This document shows positions 9,132 through 19,236 of a stretch of DNA of 35,178 bases, piece after piece. This DNA comes from an uncultured Acidobacteriota bacterium (GTDB lineage Bacteria > Acidobacteriota > UBA6911): contig CAWHCF010000048.1 of assembly GCA_963827655.1 (NCBI GenBank), positions 1 to 35,178 of the forward strand, in the 5' to 3' direction. Numbering within the stretch: the stretch's first letter is position 1; every line of letters begins with the position of its first letter. A program made the translations under genes and the position numbers. The notes beneath the pieces were generated by a model. It saw only the letters and a list, made by a program, of their open reading frames with translations, had not been told where the DNA came from and did no database searches.

Positions 9132-9160
9132 CGCATTTCTCTGGAGATCGTAAGTGAAAC

Positions 9161-9691
9161 GTGCTGCCATTGGTCATTGCGGTTGCTTCGCTGATGTTGT
9201 CCCTGCTCTCCGGACAGACTCCCGAGAACAAACCTCAGTCCAAGCCCGATCAAGTCGTTCATCTGTGGTTTGAGCGCTGGAACGCTCTCGACGGCTCGGA
9301 CGAAGCCACCAATCGATTGCTGGAACTCTATCTCCCCGATGCCTTCCATCAAATCGGTCCGACCGAAAAGCAGGTGGGTATGGTGCGGCTTGTGGGCCAT
9401 GCGGCCATTCGAAAGATGATCGAGGACTTCGCCAAGACGAACACCGAGATCACTTTCAGAATTGACACTGTCGCGGCAAACGAGAAGAACGCGCAGATCG
9501 TCCACGTCGGCGAAGGCCCGTGGGGCGGAGTCTCGGCGGCCGTCCAGTATTCGGCGGCCTATACGACGCGCAAGGACAAGCGGCGCTGGATGTACCCGGG
9601 CGCGGCTTTCTTTCAGATTCAGGACGGAAAGATTCGCGGCCTGCGGCTCTACATGGCACGCGATGAATTGATGGAAGTCTTTTCGCGATAG
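9161..9691 (+). CDS. Exported SnoaL-like / NTF2-fold protein
   Basis: VVHLWFERWNA...LLELYLPDA...GHAAIRKMIE...FFQIQDGKIRGLRLY, with a hydrophobic N-terminus. The true start may be the GTG at 9154 if a 1-nt indel lies near 9172. Confidence 0.8.
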   Translation: MLPLVIAVASLMLSLLSGQTPENKPQSKPDQVVHLWFERWNALDGSDEATNRLLELYLPDAFHQIGPTEKQVGMVRLVGHAAIRKMIEDFAKTNTEITFRIDTVAANEKNAQIVHVGEGPWGGVSAAVQYSAAYTTRKDKRRWMYPGAAFFQIQDGKIRGLRLYMARDELMEVFSR

Positions 9692-9760
9692 GGCGCCGCC
9701 AGTCTATCTTTCACCCGCGTCGCCCGGTCAGTCCCACATTGAAAAGCAAACGCAGGCAGG

Positions 9761-10600
9761 CTACCGGGACGACGGAGACTTGACGCCCGTACCCGGCTTG
9801 CGCGGAGCCTCGCCGAACCCCTTGACGCAGCGAAACCCTATGGTCGGGCTTCGTTCTGCCTGGCGAGCCCAACTGCGGTATGAGCAGGTCAGGAAGAGCT
9901 GGGGCTGGTCGAACCAGGAACCGCCGCGAAGGACCCGGTAGATGCCCTTGTCGGGTCCGGTCGGGTTGCGGTCGGGAGCGACCTCGTAGTAATTACGGTC
10001 GTACCAGTCGGCGGTCCACTCCCACACATTGCCGATGATGTCGCACAGGCCGAAGTAGCTGCGCTCCTTGGTGCAGACGGCTGCGGCGCCGTTGTCGAGG
10101 TTGAAGACCGCCTGCTGAGCGGTCGGATTGCTATCGCCCCACGGGTACATGCGCCCTTCGGCGACGCCGCGGCAGGCGCGTTCCCACTCGGCCTCGGTCG
10201 GCAGGCGCTTCCCTTCCCAGGCGCAAAACGCCGCGGCGTCATCCCAGCTTACGTTCACGACCGGATGCTTCTCTTGTCCCTTGGAGATTTCTCCCTTGAA
10301 CCACTGGTAGGGGGGCTTGTGACGCGCCGCCTTCACAAAAGCGGCGTAGCGCTCGTTGGTAACCTCGGCTTCATCCATGTAGAAGGGATCGATGTGCAGC
10401 TTACGGACCGGCGTGTCGTCTTTCAACGGATTCGGGTACCAGGCCAGGAGGGTGTCGGGCCAGTCGTAGCCCCGGCCTCGCGAGAACTCGCCGCCGGGAA
10501 TGAAGACCATCCCGCGCTCGGCGGCAAGGCCGGCATCAAGGCAGAGGACGCATAGAACGCCGAGGCCCCATCTAGCTGCCGTAGATCGAAGAGAGTTCAT
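9761..10600 (-). CDS. FGE-sulfatase (SUMF1/EgtB/PvdO) fold protein, copy A
   Basis: MVFIPGGEF, EVTNERY, HPVVNVSWDDA, RLPTEAEWERACRG, GNVWEW, RGGSW, GFRC. Lacks the catalytic CxxxxC. Overlaps the 3' end of the DUF1501 gene. Confidence 0.92.
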   Translation of the reverse strand: MNSLRSTAARWGLGVLCVLCLDAGLAAERGMVFIPGGEFSRGRGYDWPDTLLAWYPNPLKDDTPVRKLHIDPFYMDEAEVTNERYAAFVKAARHKPPYQWFKGEISKGQEKHPVVNVSWDDAAAFCAWEGKRLPTEAEWERACRGVAEGRMYPWGDSNPTAQQAVFNLDNGAAAVCTKERSYFGLCDIIGNVWEWTADWYDRNYYEVAPDRNPTGPDKGIYRVLRGGSWFDQPQLFLTCSYRSWARQAERSPTIGFRCVKGFGEAPRKPGTGVKSPSSR

Positions 10601-11981
10601 CCGTGGGAATCAAGCTGTTGGCGCCGAGCGAATCCACGTAGACGTACGTACGGCCGGAAGGCAGGTTATGGACCTCCTTCGACCAGTCGATGCCGAGGGC
10701 CGAGTACATGGTGGCAACCACGTTTTCGATGCGCGGCTGCACCTTGCGGTTCCAGCCCGGGTCCACGCAGCGCGCGCCGTCCGAGTCGGAGGCGCCGATC
10801 ACCAACCCGCCCTTCACGCCGGCGCCCGCGAACAGCGCGGGAAACACGTACTTATGATGGTCACGCCCGGCCAGATGATTGAGCGGCCCCGGGGTTCGAC
10901 CAAACTCGCTCATCAGCACAACCAGCGTCTCGTCCAGGAGGGTCTTCCCGGGTGTGCCCTTGGAAGGCGTAGCGGCAAGGTCCTCGATCAGGCTGGCGGC
11001 TGCAGGATCGAATTCGCTGATGAGCTTGTAGTGGTTGTCGGCAATTGTCTTGTCCCAAATGCGCTTGTGATGATCCCAACCATGCTGGCAGATGTGGATG
11101 TAGCGGGTGCCGGCGTCCTGGGCCAGGACATTACGGGTGAGGGCACAGGCGATCCCCGTGGCGTTATTGCCGTAGCGCGTGCGATCCTGGTCGGTGATCT
11201 GGAAGGCGGCGGGCCAGCGCGAGTCGGTGAGCAGGCGCTTGGCGGTGGCGCTGAAATCCTCGAAGGCCTCGACCTGGCGGCCATAGCCCCCCATGGCGGC
11301 GCCACGGCTCTCGCGCAAACATTGGAGCACCCGCCACCGCTCCTCGATGAGTTCCACGGCCTTCTGGTCGAGCGACATGCCCGAGAGGGCCTGCTGGGCG
11401 TTAAGGTCGAAGACGGAGAAGCGCGGCGGCAGGAAACCGGTCGAGAGCGCGCCCACCTGGTTGGTTTCGAGGTTGAACGAGACGTAAGTTGGAAAAGTGT
11501 CCGACTCGCGGCGGCGCGATTCGAGTTCGGCGGCGATGACCGAGCCTACCGACGGAATCTCGCGCGCAAACGCCACGTTGAGCGGGCGTCCGGCCTGCAC
11601 GTAGTACTGCCCGCGCAGGTGAACCTCCTCGTGGCTCGCCAGCGAGCGCACGATCGCGATGCGGTCCATCATCTTTTCGAGCCGCGGAAACATGTTCACC
11701 GGGAAGTAGATTCCGGTGGAGATCTTGCGCACCTCGAAATCCTTGGGCGTGGCAGGGTTGTCTTTGAAATCGAAGGTGTCGAGATGGCTGATGGCGCCCG
11801 AGATCTCGAAGAAGACCACGTTGCGGGCGTTGCCGCGCGGCCGCGTCTTGCCGCTGTCCGCTGCCCGAACCTTGAGCGGCCAGATGCCGCCGAGAGAAGC
11901 GCCGACCAGGCCGAGACCGCCGAACTTCAGCAAATCGCGGCGGGTTGGGATCAGATCACCGACAGTATTGGGACGGCTCAC
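10572..11981 (-). CDS. DUF1501 family protein with Tat signal, copy A
   Basis: TRRDLLK twin-arginine signal; GAISHLDTFDFK, GWDHH, SEFGRTP, GRDH, AGAGVKGG motifs. Confidence 0.92.
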   Translation of the reverse strand: MSRPNTVGDLIPTRRDLLKFGGLGLVGASLGGIWPLKVRAADSGKTRPRGNARNVVFFEISGAISHLDTFDFKDNPATPKDFEVRKISTGIYFPVNMFPRLEKMMDRIAIVRSLASHEEVHLRGQYYVQAGRPLNVAFAREIPSVGSVIAAELESRRRESDTFPTYVSFNLETNQVGALSTGFLPPRFSVFDLNAQQALSGMSLDQKAVELIEERWRVLQCLRESRGAAMGGYGRQVEAFEDFSATAKRLLTDSRWPAAFQITDQDRTRYGNNATGIACALTRNVLAQDAGTRYIHICQHGWDHHKRIWDKTIADNHYKLISEFDPAAASLIEDLAATPSKGTPGKTLLDETLVVLMSEFGRTPGPLNHLAGRDHHKYVFPALFAGAGVKGGLVIGASDSDGARCVDPGWNRKVQPRIENVVATMYSALGIDWSKEVHNLPSGRTYVYVDSLGANSLIPTDELSSIYGS

Positions 11982-11994
11982 GGCGCCCTCCTTG

Positions 11995-13878
11995 TCAGAA
12001 GTTATAGAGGAACTCGACCAGGTTGAGGAGCGCCCACTGAACGTTCTGCGCGCCTTCCACGCGGTTGCTGTCCAGGAAGGAAACCGCAGTTGTCCGCTCC
12101 TCGGGCGTGGGCGCGCGCGACAGCGTCGCGAGGAAGAGCTCGTCGACCACCTTGCCGTTGTCCTGATTGCTGTCGAGAAGGCGCTGCACGCGGCTATCCT
12201 TCGCGGCCAGCACCCGGTCGTTGACCACCGACGATCGCATCAGCATGATGGGCTGCAAGGGAGACGGCTGCGGGGGCCGGGCCGGGGCTCCGCGATTGGA
12301 CTGTCCAAAAGCCTGCATGAAGCTCTTGAGCTCGCCCGATGCGCGCGGCACCGCGACCTGCATGGCCATGGTTACCGTGGGGCCGACCGGCTCTTCGTCG
12401 TTCATGACCGGTCTCCGCCTGCCGCCTCCGAAGGAGCCGGGGCGGTCCGTCGCAATGGTAATCGAGTCATGCAATTCCTCGGCGGTCAACATGCGGGCAT
12501 ATTTACGCGCGTAATACCGGGTGTAGCGCTCGTTCCACTCGCCCGGGAAACGCGCCGAAAGCTGGTAGGCGCTGGAGTTGCAGATCACGCGAAACAGGGA
12601 GTGGAGACTGTAGTTGCTCTTGCGGAAATGGGTAGCCAGAGCATCGAGCAATTCGGGATGGGACGGCTGGACTTCCCAGCCCTCGGGGACGTTCTTCGGA
12701 TCCTGGCGCGCAAGATCGAACTCGTCGGCGGGATCCACGATGCCCACTCCCATCAGCTTCGACCAGTAATGGTTGACGGTGACCCGGGCGAACTGCGGGT
12801 GTTTGGTCAGCATGCGCGCCAGTTCGTCGCGCGGGTCGGCGCCGGGCCGGGCGGTCTCGTCGGTGAGGATGAATTTAGGAACGGCCGGGCCGCCGGAACG
12901 CTCGATGCGCAGCAGGCTGTCGGCCTTCGTGTCATAGCCCGCGGCCAGGTCATCCACGACGAAGTGGCCCATGATGGCCTCGGTATGCTCGACGTGCGGG
13001 ATGTAGCGCGTGCGGCCCAGGAAGGCCGCCTGCTGGAAAAAGTCGGAGCGCTTTTGCCGGCTCAGGTAGACGTTGACTTTCTCGAGGTGGCCGTCGCCGT
13101 CATGGCAGGCGATGCAGGAGAGATTGATACCCAGGAAAACCTTGCCGAACAGAATCGTGAGCTCGTCGTGAGTATCGACCTGATGGACCTTTCTCAGGTC
13201 ATCGCCGTGCTCCACCTGTCCGGGCTTGCCCTCGACATGTTCGCGAACCAGAGGATTGACCGAAGCGACGACGAGGTTGCTCTTGGCCGAACCGGCGATT
13301 AGGGCGCGCGCGAAATCGTCATAAGGCCGGTCCGAAGCCAGGCTCTCCTTGAGCATGTAGTGGAACAACTGGACACCGCGCCCCATCTTTCCGTTGGCCC
13401 GCAGCATATCCATGTAGAAGTAGGACCATTTGTCGACGAAGGCCGGGCTGCCGATGAGGCGGTCAATCAGGCGAGCCCGCTTGTCGGGCGAAGTGTCGGC
13501 GAGAAACTCGCGCAGGTCCTCGTGCTTCGGGATGCGTCCGGTCAGGTCGAGAGTGACCCGGCGGAAAAACTCCTGATCGTTGGCGACAGGGGCGTACGGG
13601 ATGCCGTCCCGCTCCATCTTGCCGAAGATATGCTCATCGATAAAATTGCGGCGGGGAACACTTCCGGCCGACGTCCGTCCCGGCAGACCTGCGGCGAGGC
13701 GCTCGGTCGTGGCGCCCGCGTCCAATGGCTTCGGACGCTGGAACAGAGGCGCATGGGCGTCCGATGACATCGTGGAAGAATCAGGAGCAGCCTTTTTCTT
13801 TTTTTGTTGTTCTTTATTGGTGTCTGCAGCCCAAGCCAGAAGCACCGTGAGGGGGAGCATCCATATCCATCGATACAC
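11995..13878 (-). CDS. DUF1549/DUF1553 (PSCyt2/PSD1) protein, copy A
   Basis: NFIDEHIF, FFRRVTLDLTGRIP, CIACHD, VNHYWSKLMGVGIVDP, PSHPELLDALA, ELFLATLSRAP, WALLN. GTG start after AAGGAGG. Confidence 0.92.
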   Translation of the reverse strand: MYRWIWMLPLTVLLAWAADTNKEQQKKKKAAPDSSTMSSDAHAPLFQRPKPLDAGATTERLAAGLPGRTSAGSVPRRNFIDEHIFGKMERDGIPYAPVANDQEFFRRVTLDLTGRIPKHEDLREFLADTSPDKRARLIDRLIGSPAFVDKWSYFYMDMLRANGKMGRGVQLFHYMLKESLASDRPYDDFARALIAGSAKSNLVVASVNPLVREHVEGKPGQVEHGDDLRKVHQVDTHDELTILFGKVFLGINLSCIACHDGDGHLEKVNVYLSRQKRSDFFQQAAFLGRTRYIPHVEHTEAIMGHFVVDDLAAGYDTKADSLLRIERSGGPAVPKFILTDETARPGADPRDELARMLTKHPQFARVTVNHYWSKLMGVGIVDPADEFDLARQDPKNVPEGWEVQPSHPELLDALATHFRKSNYSLHSLFRVICNSSAYQLSARFPGEWNERYTRYYARKYARMLTAEELHDSITIATDRPGSFGGGRRRPVMNDEEPVGPTVTMAMQVAVPRASGELKSFMQAFGQSNRGAPARPPQPSPLQPIMLMRSSVVNDRVLAAKDSRVQRLLDSNQDNGKVVDELFLATLSRAPTPEERTTAVSFLDSNRVEGAQNVQWALLNLVEFLYNF

Positions 13879-13997
13879 CTTACCCTCCTTACGCAATTGC
13901 GTTGTTCGTTGGAGTGACTATCCCCCGGCGAGACCTGAAATGTCAAGAACAAACACCGGGCCGACGTCTCTCGGAAGTCGTTAGAATGGACAGGGTT

Positions 13998-14034
13998 CTT
14001 AGTATTTCTTTGAGTCTTTGTGTCTTGGTTTGTT
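13998..14034. repeat. Degenerate half copy of the 9-bp-periodic element
   Basis: cttagtatttctttgagtctttgtgtcttggtttgtt. Confidence 0.7.
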
Positions 14035-14041
14035 CCGCGTC

Positions 14042-15020
14042 CTACTTGCCCGTGTATCGCGACCCACCCTGGCGTGGTGACGGGAATGCTCCACAGGGTG
14101 CCGCCGGCGGAGATGAATAGAGTCTTCCAGTCCTTCCCGCCGAAAGCGACGTTCGTCACTTCGTCAACCGGGATCGGTACGACGTCGAGCAGCTTTCCTT
14201 CCGGCGTAAGAATGTAAACGCCGCCTTTGAACTCGTCGGTTTCGTAAGCGCTGGGTTGAGTGCGCCCGGCGGCGACGTAGAGCCTCCCCTCCCGATCCAT
14301 CTCGAGCCCGTCGCCCCCACGTCCTCCCTTCCAGTCAAAGATCAGGGTTTGACTCGCCGCATCGATCGTGCCGTCTGGACGAAGACGAAAGCGAAGCAGC
14401 TTGCGCGGGGCGCCCACATTGTTGTTGTTGTTGTCCGCGACGTAGAGAGAGTCGTCGCCGGGTGAAACGAGGATGCCATTGGGCCGGTCCACCTCATGAG
14501 TAATGATGCGCGTGATCTTGCCGGGCGCATCAATGCGATAAACCCCCTCGACGAGACGTCCTTGCTGATCCTTGATTTCCATGTCGCCGCGGTTGCCGTA
14601 CCGGGGATCGGTGAAGTAGACCCTGCCTTTGGAATCGATGGTCAGGTCATTGGGAGAGTTGAATCGCTTCCCTTCGTAGTTGTCCGCGAGCACGGTAATG
14701 CTGCCGTCCCGCTCGGTGCGGGTCACGCGCCTGTTCCTGGACTCGCAACCGATCAGGCGGCCCTCAAGGTCGAACAGAAGTCCGTTCGTTCCCGCATTTT
14801 CGCGGAAGACGCTGGTGGTTCCGTCAGGGTTCCAACGCCCGATGCGACCACCGCCGGAGAACAGGAGATACCCGCTCGGATGCCAGAGCGGGCTTTCCCC
14901 TGCGCCGACATTGCCGAGATTGGTGGGCTTTGCCCCCGGAGCGATCGGCTGCTCCGCGGCTTCAAGGAGGAGCGCAGCCAGTGTCACGATGAAAACCAAA
15001 CGCCTGGTCGAGAAGATCAT
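14042..15020 (-). CDS. SMP-30/gluconolactonase/LRE family beta-propeller, exported
   Basis: GESPLW, TNGLLFD, FNSPNDL, YFTDP, PNGILVSP, GDGLEMD, TNVAFGG. The domain ends near 14070. The track ORF reads through the repeat to 13542; a natural TAG at 14042 is reached with a 1-nt frame correction. Confidence 0.88.
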
Positions 15021-15022
15021 GC

Positions 15023-15066
15023 CTAACCAATACCACTAAGACTCAAAGACACGAAGAAACACCAAG
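15023..15066. repeat. Half copy of the 9-bp-periodic element
   Basis: ctaaccaataccactaagactcaaagacacgaagaaacaccaag fills almost the whole 50-bp intergenic gap. Confidence 0.85.
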
Positions 15067-15070
15067 AGGA

Positions 15071-15910
15071 TTACTTGGACGCGCAGCGGAAGCCGACTGT
15101 GCTGGACGGCAGATTCTGGTTCGTGAAGTTCCGGTAGTGCAGCGCAAGGATTCGCTCGTCGTTGTCCGACCAACCGCCGCCGCGGATTACGCGGTACAAG
15201 CCGGTTTCGGGACCCTGCGGATTCTTGTCCGGACTGACCGCATAATAATTCTGATCGTACCAATCGGCGACCCATTCCCAGACGTTTCCAATCACGTCAT
15301 AGAGTCCGAATCCGTTGGGAGCGAAGGATCCCACGGCTGTTGGACCGTTCGGGAAACCGAAACGCGCCCGCTTGGGCTGCGGTTGTCCTCCCGAATCGGA
15401 TTCCTCTCCCCCGCGCCGACGTGTTCTTGTTCCCAACTCCGCGCCCCACGGATACATGCTTTTTTCCACTCCGCCCCGCGCGGCGCGCTCCCATTCGGCC
15501 TCCGTGGGAAGCCGCTTGCCTACGAAGCCGCAGTAGGCCACGGCGTCATCCCACGTGACGTTGTAGACCGGAGATTTCTCCTGGCCCGAGGGAACCTTCC
15601 CGCCGATCCAGTGAAAAGGTTTGCGATGGCCGGACGCTTCTGTGAACCGGGCGTATTCGCTGTTCGTGACTTCGTACTTGTCGATCCGGTACGAATCCAG
15701 ATAGACGAGATGGGCCGGCTGGTCATCGAGACGCGGACGCAAGTGCATGCCGAGCTCATCCACCAGCCAGTTCTGCGTGCGCCCCATCCAGAACTCGCCA
15801 GCCGGAATCTGGACCATGTTTGACGCCGCATCCTCAGCCAGGACGGGAATGACAGCGAAAAGACACACAAAGCAGATAAAGCCCGAGAAGACTCTTCGCC
15901 TGGGATCCAT
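15071..15910 (-). CDS. FGE-sulfatase fold protein, copy B
   Basis: MVQIPAGEFWMG, YEVTNSEY, RLPTEAEWERAARGG, PNGFGLYDVIGNVWEW, RGGGW, GFRC. No CxxxxC. Start MDPRRR at 15910. Confidence 0.92.
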   Translation of the reverse strand: MDPRRRVFSGFICFVCLFAVIPVLAEDAASNMVQIPAGEFWMGRTQNWLVDELGMHLRPRLDDQPAHLVYLDSYRIDKYEVTNSEYARFTEASGHRKPFHWIGGKVPSGQEKSPVYNVTWDDAVAYCGFVGKRLPTEAEWERAARGGVEKSMYPWGAELGTRTRRRGGEESDSGGQPQPKRARFGFPNGPTAVGSFAPNGFGLYDVIGNVWEWVADWYDQNYYAVSPDKNPQGPETGLYRVIRGGGWSDNDERILALHYRNFTNQNLPSSTVGFRCASK

Positions 15911-15917
15911 TCCTGTC

Positions 15918-17309
15918 TTATTCGAACAGGGGCGCGATTTCGTCGGTGCTGATGAACTCGCCGCCGCCGATCGGAGCGGTTTGCACGAATTCATAAGTGC
16001 GGCCCGATGGAGTGTTTTCGATGGTCTTCATCCAGTCGATGCCGAGCGCGGAAAAAATAGTCGCGACGCAGTTGTCCATGAACGGCTGCACTCTGTGCTT
16101 CCATCCGTTATCGACAACAGCGGAGGCGTCGTCATTCGTCTTGCCGATCACGCGACCTCCCTTGACGCCGCCGCCGGCAAACAGGGTCGTGTATGCCTGC
16201 CGATAGTGATCGCGTCCCGCGACTGCATTCATTGCCGGCGTTCGGCCGAATTCACTGGTGGCGATGATCATGGTCTCGTCCAGCAGCGTTTTCCCCGCGG
16301 TGCTTCCCGGCATCGAGGAAAGGTCTTTGACGAAGCTCGCGAAGCCTTTGTCAAACCTCTCGCAGTTCACGTAATGATTGATGCGCCGGCTGCGATCGAA
16401 GATGTAGCTGTGTTGATCCCAGCGGCTGCCATCGTTGATGTAGATGAAGTGCGTTCCCGCGTCGGCACAAAGGATGTTGCGGGACAGTATCAGCCCCATA
16501 CCATATTCGTCCTTGCCGTACCGCTCTTGCTCCTCGGGCGTGATCTTGAACAAGGCGGACCAGCGCGGATCGCTGGCCACTCGTTGCGCATCGGCGTAGA
16601 AGGTTTTGTAGTCGTCGGCCTTTTTTCCCATCGCCGACCGGTCGGCGCCGGCAACCTTCTCGAAGCGCTGGAGCAGCTGCCAGCGCCGTTCGAGGGCCTC
16701 GCTGGAGCCGGCCGAGCTTTTTCCGAACGAATCACAGACCGTGGTCGGATCGAGATCCAGTCCTGTAGCGCGAGTGGGCAGGAATCCGCAACCGATGGCT
16801 CCATTGCTGGATTGAGCCATATACATGCTGACGTAGGTCGGAAACGTATCGGACTCGCGGCGCCGGCCTTCCAGTTCGTGGGCCACGACGCTGCCCAAAG
16901 CCGGAATCTCCCGCGCCACGGCGACGTTCAGCGCGCGTCCGGTCTGCGTGTGATACTGGCCGATAAAGTGGATCAGTTCGTTGGCGCGCATGCTTCGCAC
17001 CAGGGCGATCTTGTCCACATACTCCGACGCGCGCGGGAAGAGGGTCTTTGACAGGTAGATGTCGGACGTGAACTTCTGGATGTCGAGATCTTTGGGTGTG
17101 TGGCGCGTTTCCTTGAAATCCCAGCAGTCCGCGTGGCTGATGGCGCCGCCCATCATGATGATGACGCAGTTGCGGGCTGTTCCGCGCGGATTCGCCTTGC
17201 CCGCCGCCTTGACTCTCGGAGGCGCGATCACCTCGCCCGCGCAGGCGGCCGCGAGCGCTGTGCCTCCCCACTTCAATATGTCTCTACGGTCGAGAAGTTG
17301 GTTTGACAT
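15918..17309 (-). CDS. DUF1501 family protein with Tat signal, copy B
   Basis: DRRDILK; GGAISHADCWDFK, WDQH, SEFGRTP, GRDH. Paralog of 10572-11981 (shared PRGxARN, ESDTFPTYVS, GKTLLDET). Confidence 0.92.
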   Translation of the reverse strand: MSNQLLDRRDILKWGGTALAAACAGEVIAPPRVKAAGKANPRGTARNCVIIMMGGAISHADCWDFKETRHTPKDLDIQKFTSDIYLSKTLFPRASEYVDKIALVRSMRANELIHFIGQYHTQTGRALNVAVAREIPALGSVVAHELEGRRRESDTFPTYVSMYMAQSSNGAIGCGFLPTRATGLDLDPTTVCDSFGKSSAGSSEALERRWQLLQRFEKVAGADRSAMGKKADDYKTFYADAQRVASDPRWSALFKITPEEQERYGKDEYGMGLILSRNILCADAGTHFIYINDGSRWDQHSYIFDRSRRINHYVNCERFDKGFASFVKDLSSMPGSTAGKTLLDETMIIATSEFGRTPAMNAVAGRDHYRQAYTTLFAGGGVKGGRVIGKTNDDASAVVDNGWKHRVQPFMDNCVATIFSALGIDWMKTIENTPSGRTYEFVQTAPIGGGEFISTDEIAPLFE

Positions 17310-17321
17310 CGCAGGACCTCT

Positions 17322-19211
17322 TCAGTGATTCAGGATAAACTCGATTCCGTTCAGCAACGCCCACTGGACATCCTCAGCGCCCTCTTTTCGATTCCTTTCG
17401 AGGGCCTGAAGCGCCACCTCCATTTCGGCGGGCACGGGGCGCCGCGCAAGGCTGGTCAGGAACATTTCCTCAATGATCTCTTGATTCGACTTGCCTCCCG
17501 CCAGCAACCGTTCGATGCGGCTTCCCTTTTCGGCCAGTACCCGGCTATTGACCACGTTGGCGCCCATCATCAGCAACGCCTGCAGAGTGGTCGGCTTGTT
17601 TCCGTCCGGCACCTGGGTGGCGCGATTGGTCTGGAAGAAGGCTTCCATGATGCTGGAGATCTCTCCGTTCTCACCCGAGTTCCCGACGTTTTTCGGCGTC
17701 GCCAATTGTTTGACTCGGGTGACCTTTACGCCGTCGATGACGTACTGGCCCGGACGGTCGGTCACGCTGTTGATGGCGTCCACTACCTCGGGGCCGCTCA
17801 AGACCCGGATGTACTTGCGCGCGTAATAGGGCGCGTAGTCGTCCTTCCACTCGGCTTCGAACCGCGACGACAAGCCGTACGCGTTCGATTTCATAATTGT
17901 TTTGATCAGGTGCTGAACGCTGAGATTATGCGAGCGGAATTCGTTCGCCAGCGCATCCAGCAGTTCCGGGTTGGTAGCCTGACCTTCCCACCGCGCCAGA
18001 TCAAAGCCGTCGTAAGGCTCCACGAACGCCACTGTCATCAGGCGTCCCCAAATCCAGTTGACAGTCGCGCGGCTGAACTGGATGTGCCCGGTAAGCATGC
18101 GCGCAAACGCGGCTCGAGGGTTTTCACCCGGCTTTGGTTCCTCGCCGGTCAGAATAAAAGCCGGCTGGTAGGTTTTGCCGTCGCGCGGCATGCGGCTCAT
18201 ACTCTCGGTCATCCAGGGCGCGTCACTGCCGGTATTGTATCCGGCGGCTAGATCATCGATAACCTGGTCGCTGTTTCCGGTGTTCTTGCTTCGATCGCTC
18301 CACTCCACCAGAATCCGTGTTTTGCCCAGAAAGGCCGACTGCCGGAAGAACTCCGCGCGCGTCCTCTTGGCCATGTAGTGATTGATCTCTTCCAGGTGCC
18401 CGGCCCCGTCGTGGCAGGATATGCAGGTGAAGTTCAGTCCCAGGAAGATCCTTCCGGTATCGATATTGAAATCGTCGATCGCATCCAGCCGATTGCCGAC
18501 GCGGTAATCATCGGTAGCCGCGGGCAGAACGTTGGTATCGTAGCTGTTTCGGCCGATCAGGTTCGTCGCGGGAATGGAGCTATGACTTTTGGCCGATGCG
18601 ATGAAGAGATCATGAATGACTTCATTGTACGGACGATCCGAGCGCAGCCACTCCTTGTTCCAGAAGTGAAACAGGTGGCCCTGGTTGCCGTCTCCGCTCC
18701 GGCCCAGCACACGAAACAGATCTCCCCACAACCAGCCCCACTGTTCGGCGAACTCTTCGGAGCCGACCAGGGAGTCGATCAACAGGTCGCGCTTCTGCGG
18801 ATTTCGGTCGGCAAGGAATCTGCGAACGGACTCAGCGGAAGGGAGCTGGCCGGTGGCATCGACGTAGACGCGGCGAAGGAATTCTTCATCGCTGCTCAGC
18901 GGCGCATGAGGAATACCGTCGCGCTCCATGCGTCCGAAGAGGTGCTCATCGACCAGGTTTTTGCGTTTGATCTTCGCCGCCCCAGCGGCGCCAGGCAACG
19001 CCGACGAGACGCGGTGGGTGAAGCGCGCGGCTTCGCCCTCCGCATTCGGTTTTTTGCGGAATAACTCACGGTGCGCTTCATCGACCATCTGCTCGGTCTT
19101 CTTCTTTTTTTCCTCAGCGGTTGGACCGGCAGTCTGAGCGGATAAATCCGCAACCAGCAGGTAGGGGAGAGCGATCAACCAGACGAAAGACTTGACCAGG
19201 GACCTCATCAT
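17322..19211 (-). CDS. DUF1549/DUF1553 protein, copy B
   Basis: NLVDEHLF, FLRRVYVDATGQLP, CISCHD, PELLDALA, WALLNGIEF. ATG after GGAGGAG. Confidence 0.92.
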   Translation of the reverse strand: MMRSLVKSFVWLIALPYLLVADLSAQTAGPTAEEKKKKTEQMVDEAHRELFRKKPNAEGEAARFTHRVSSALPGAAGAAKIKRKNLVDEHLFGRMERDGIPHAPLSSDEEFLRRVYVDATGQLPSAESVRRFLADRNPQKRDLLIDSLVGSEEFAEQWGWLWGDLFRVLGRSGDGNQGHLFHFWNKEWLRSDRPYNEVIHDLFIASAKSHSSIPATNLIGRNSYDTNVLPAATDDYRVGNRLDAIDDFNIDTGRIFLGLNFTCISCHDGAGHLEEINHYMAKRTRAEFFRQSAFLGKTRILVEWSDRSKNTGNSDQVIDDLAAGYNTGSDAPWMTESMSRMPRDGKTYQPAFILTGEEPKPGENPRAAFARMLTGHIQFSRATVNWIWGRLMTVAFVEPYDGFDLARWEGQATNPELLDALANEFRSHNLSVQHLIKTIMKSNAYGLSSRFEAEWKDDYAPYYARKYIRVLSGPEVVDAINSVTDRPGQYVIDGVKVTRVKQLATPKNVGNSGENGEISSIMEAFFQTNRATQVPDGNKPTTLQALLMMGANVVNSRVLAEKGSRIERLLAGGKSNQEIIEEMFLTSLARRPVPAEMEVALQALERNRKEGAEDVQWALLNGIEFILNH

Positions 19212-19236
19212 TCTCCTCCCGTAAAAGCCTGCCGAA

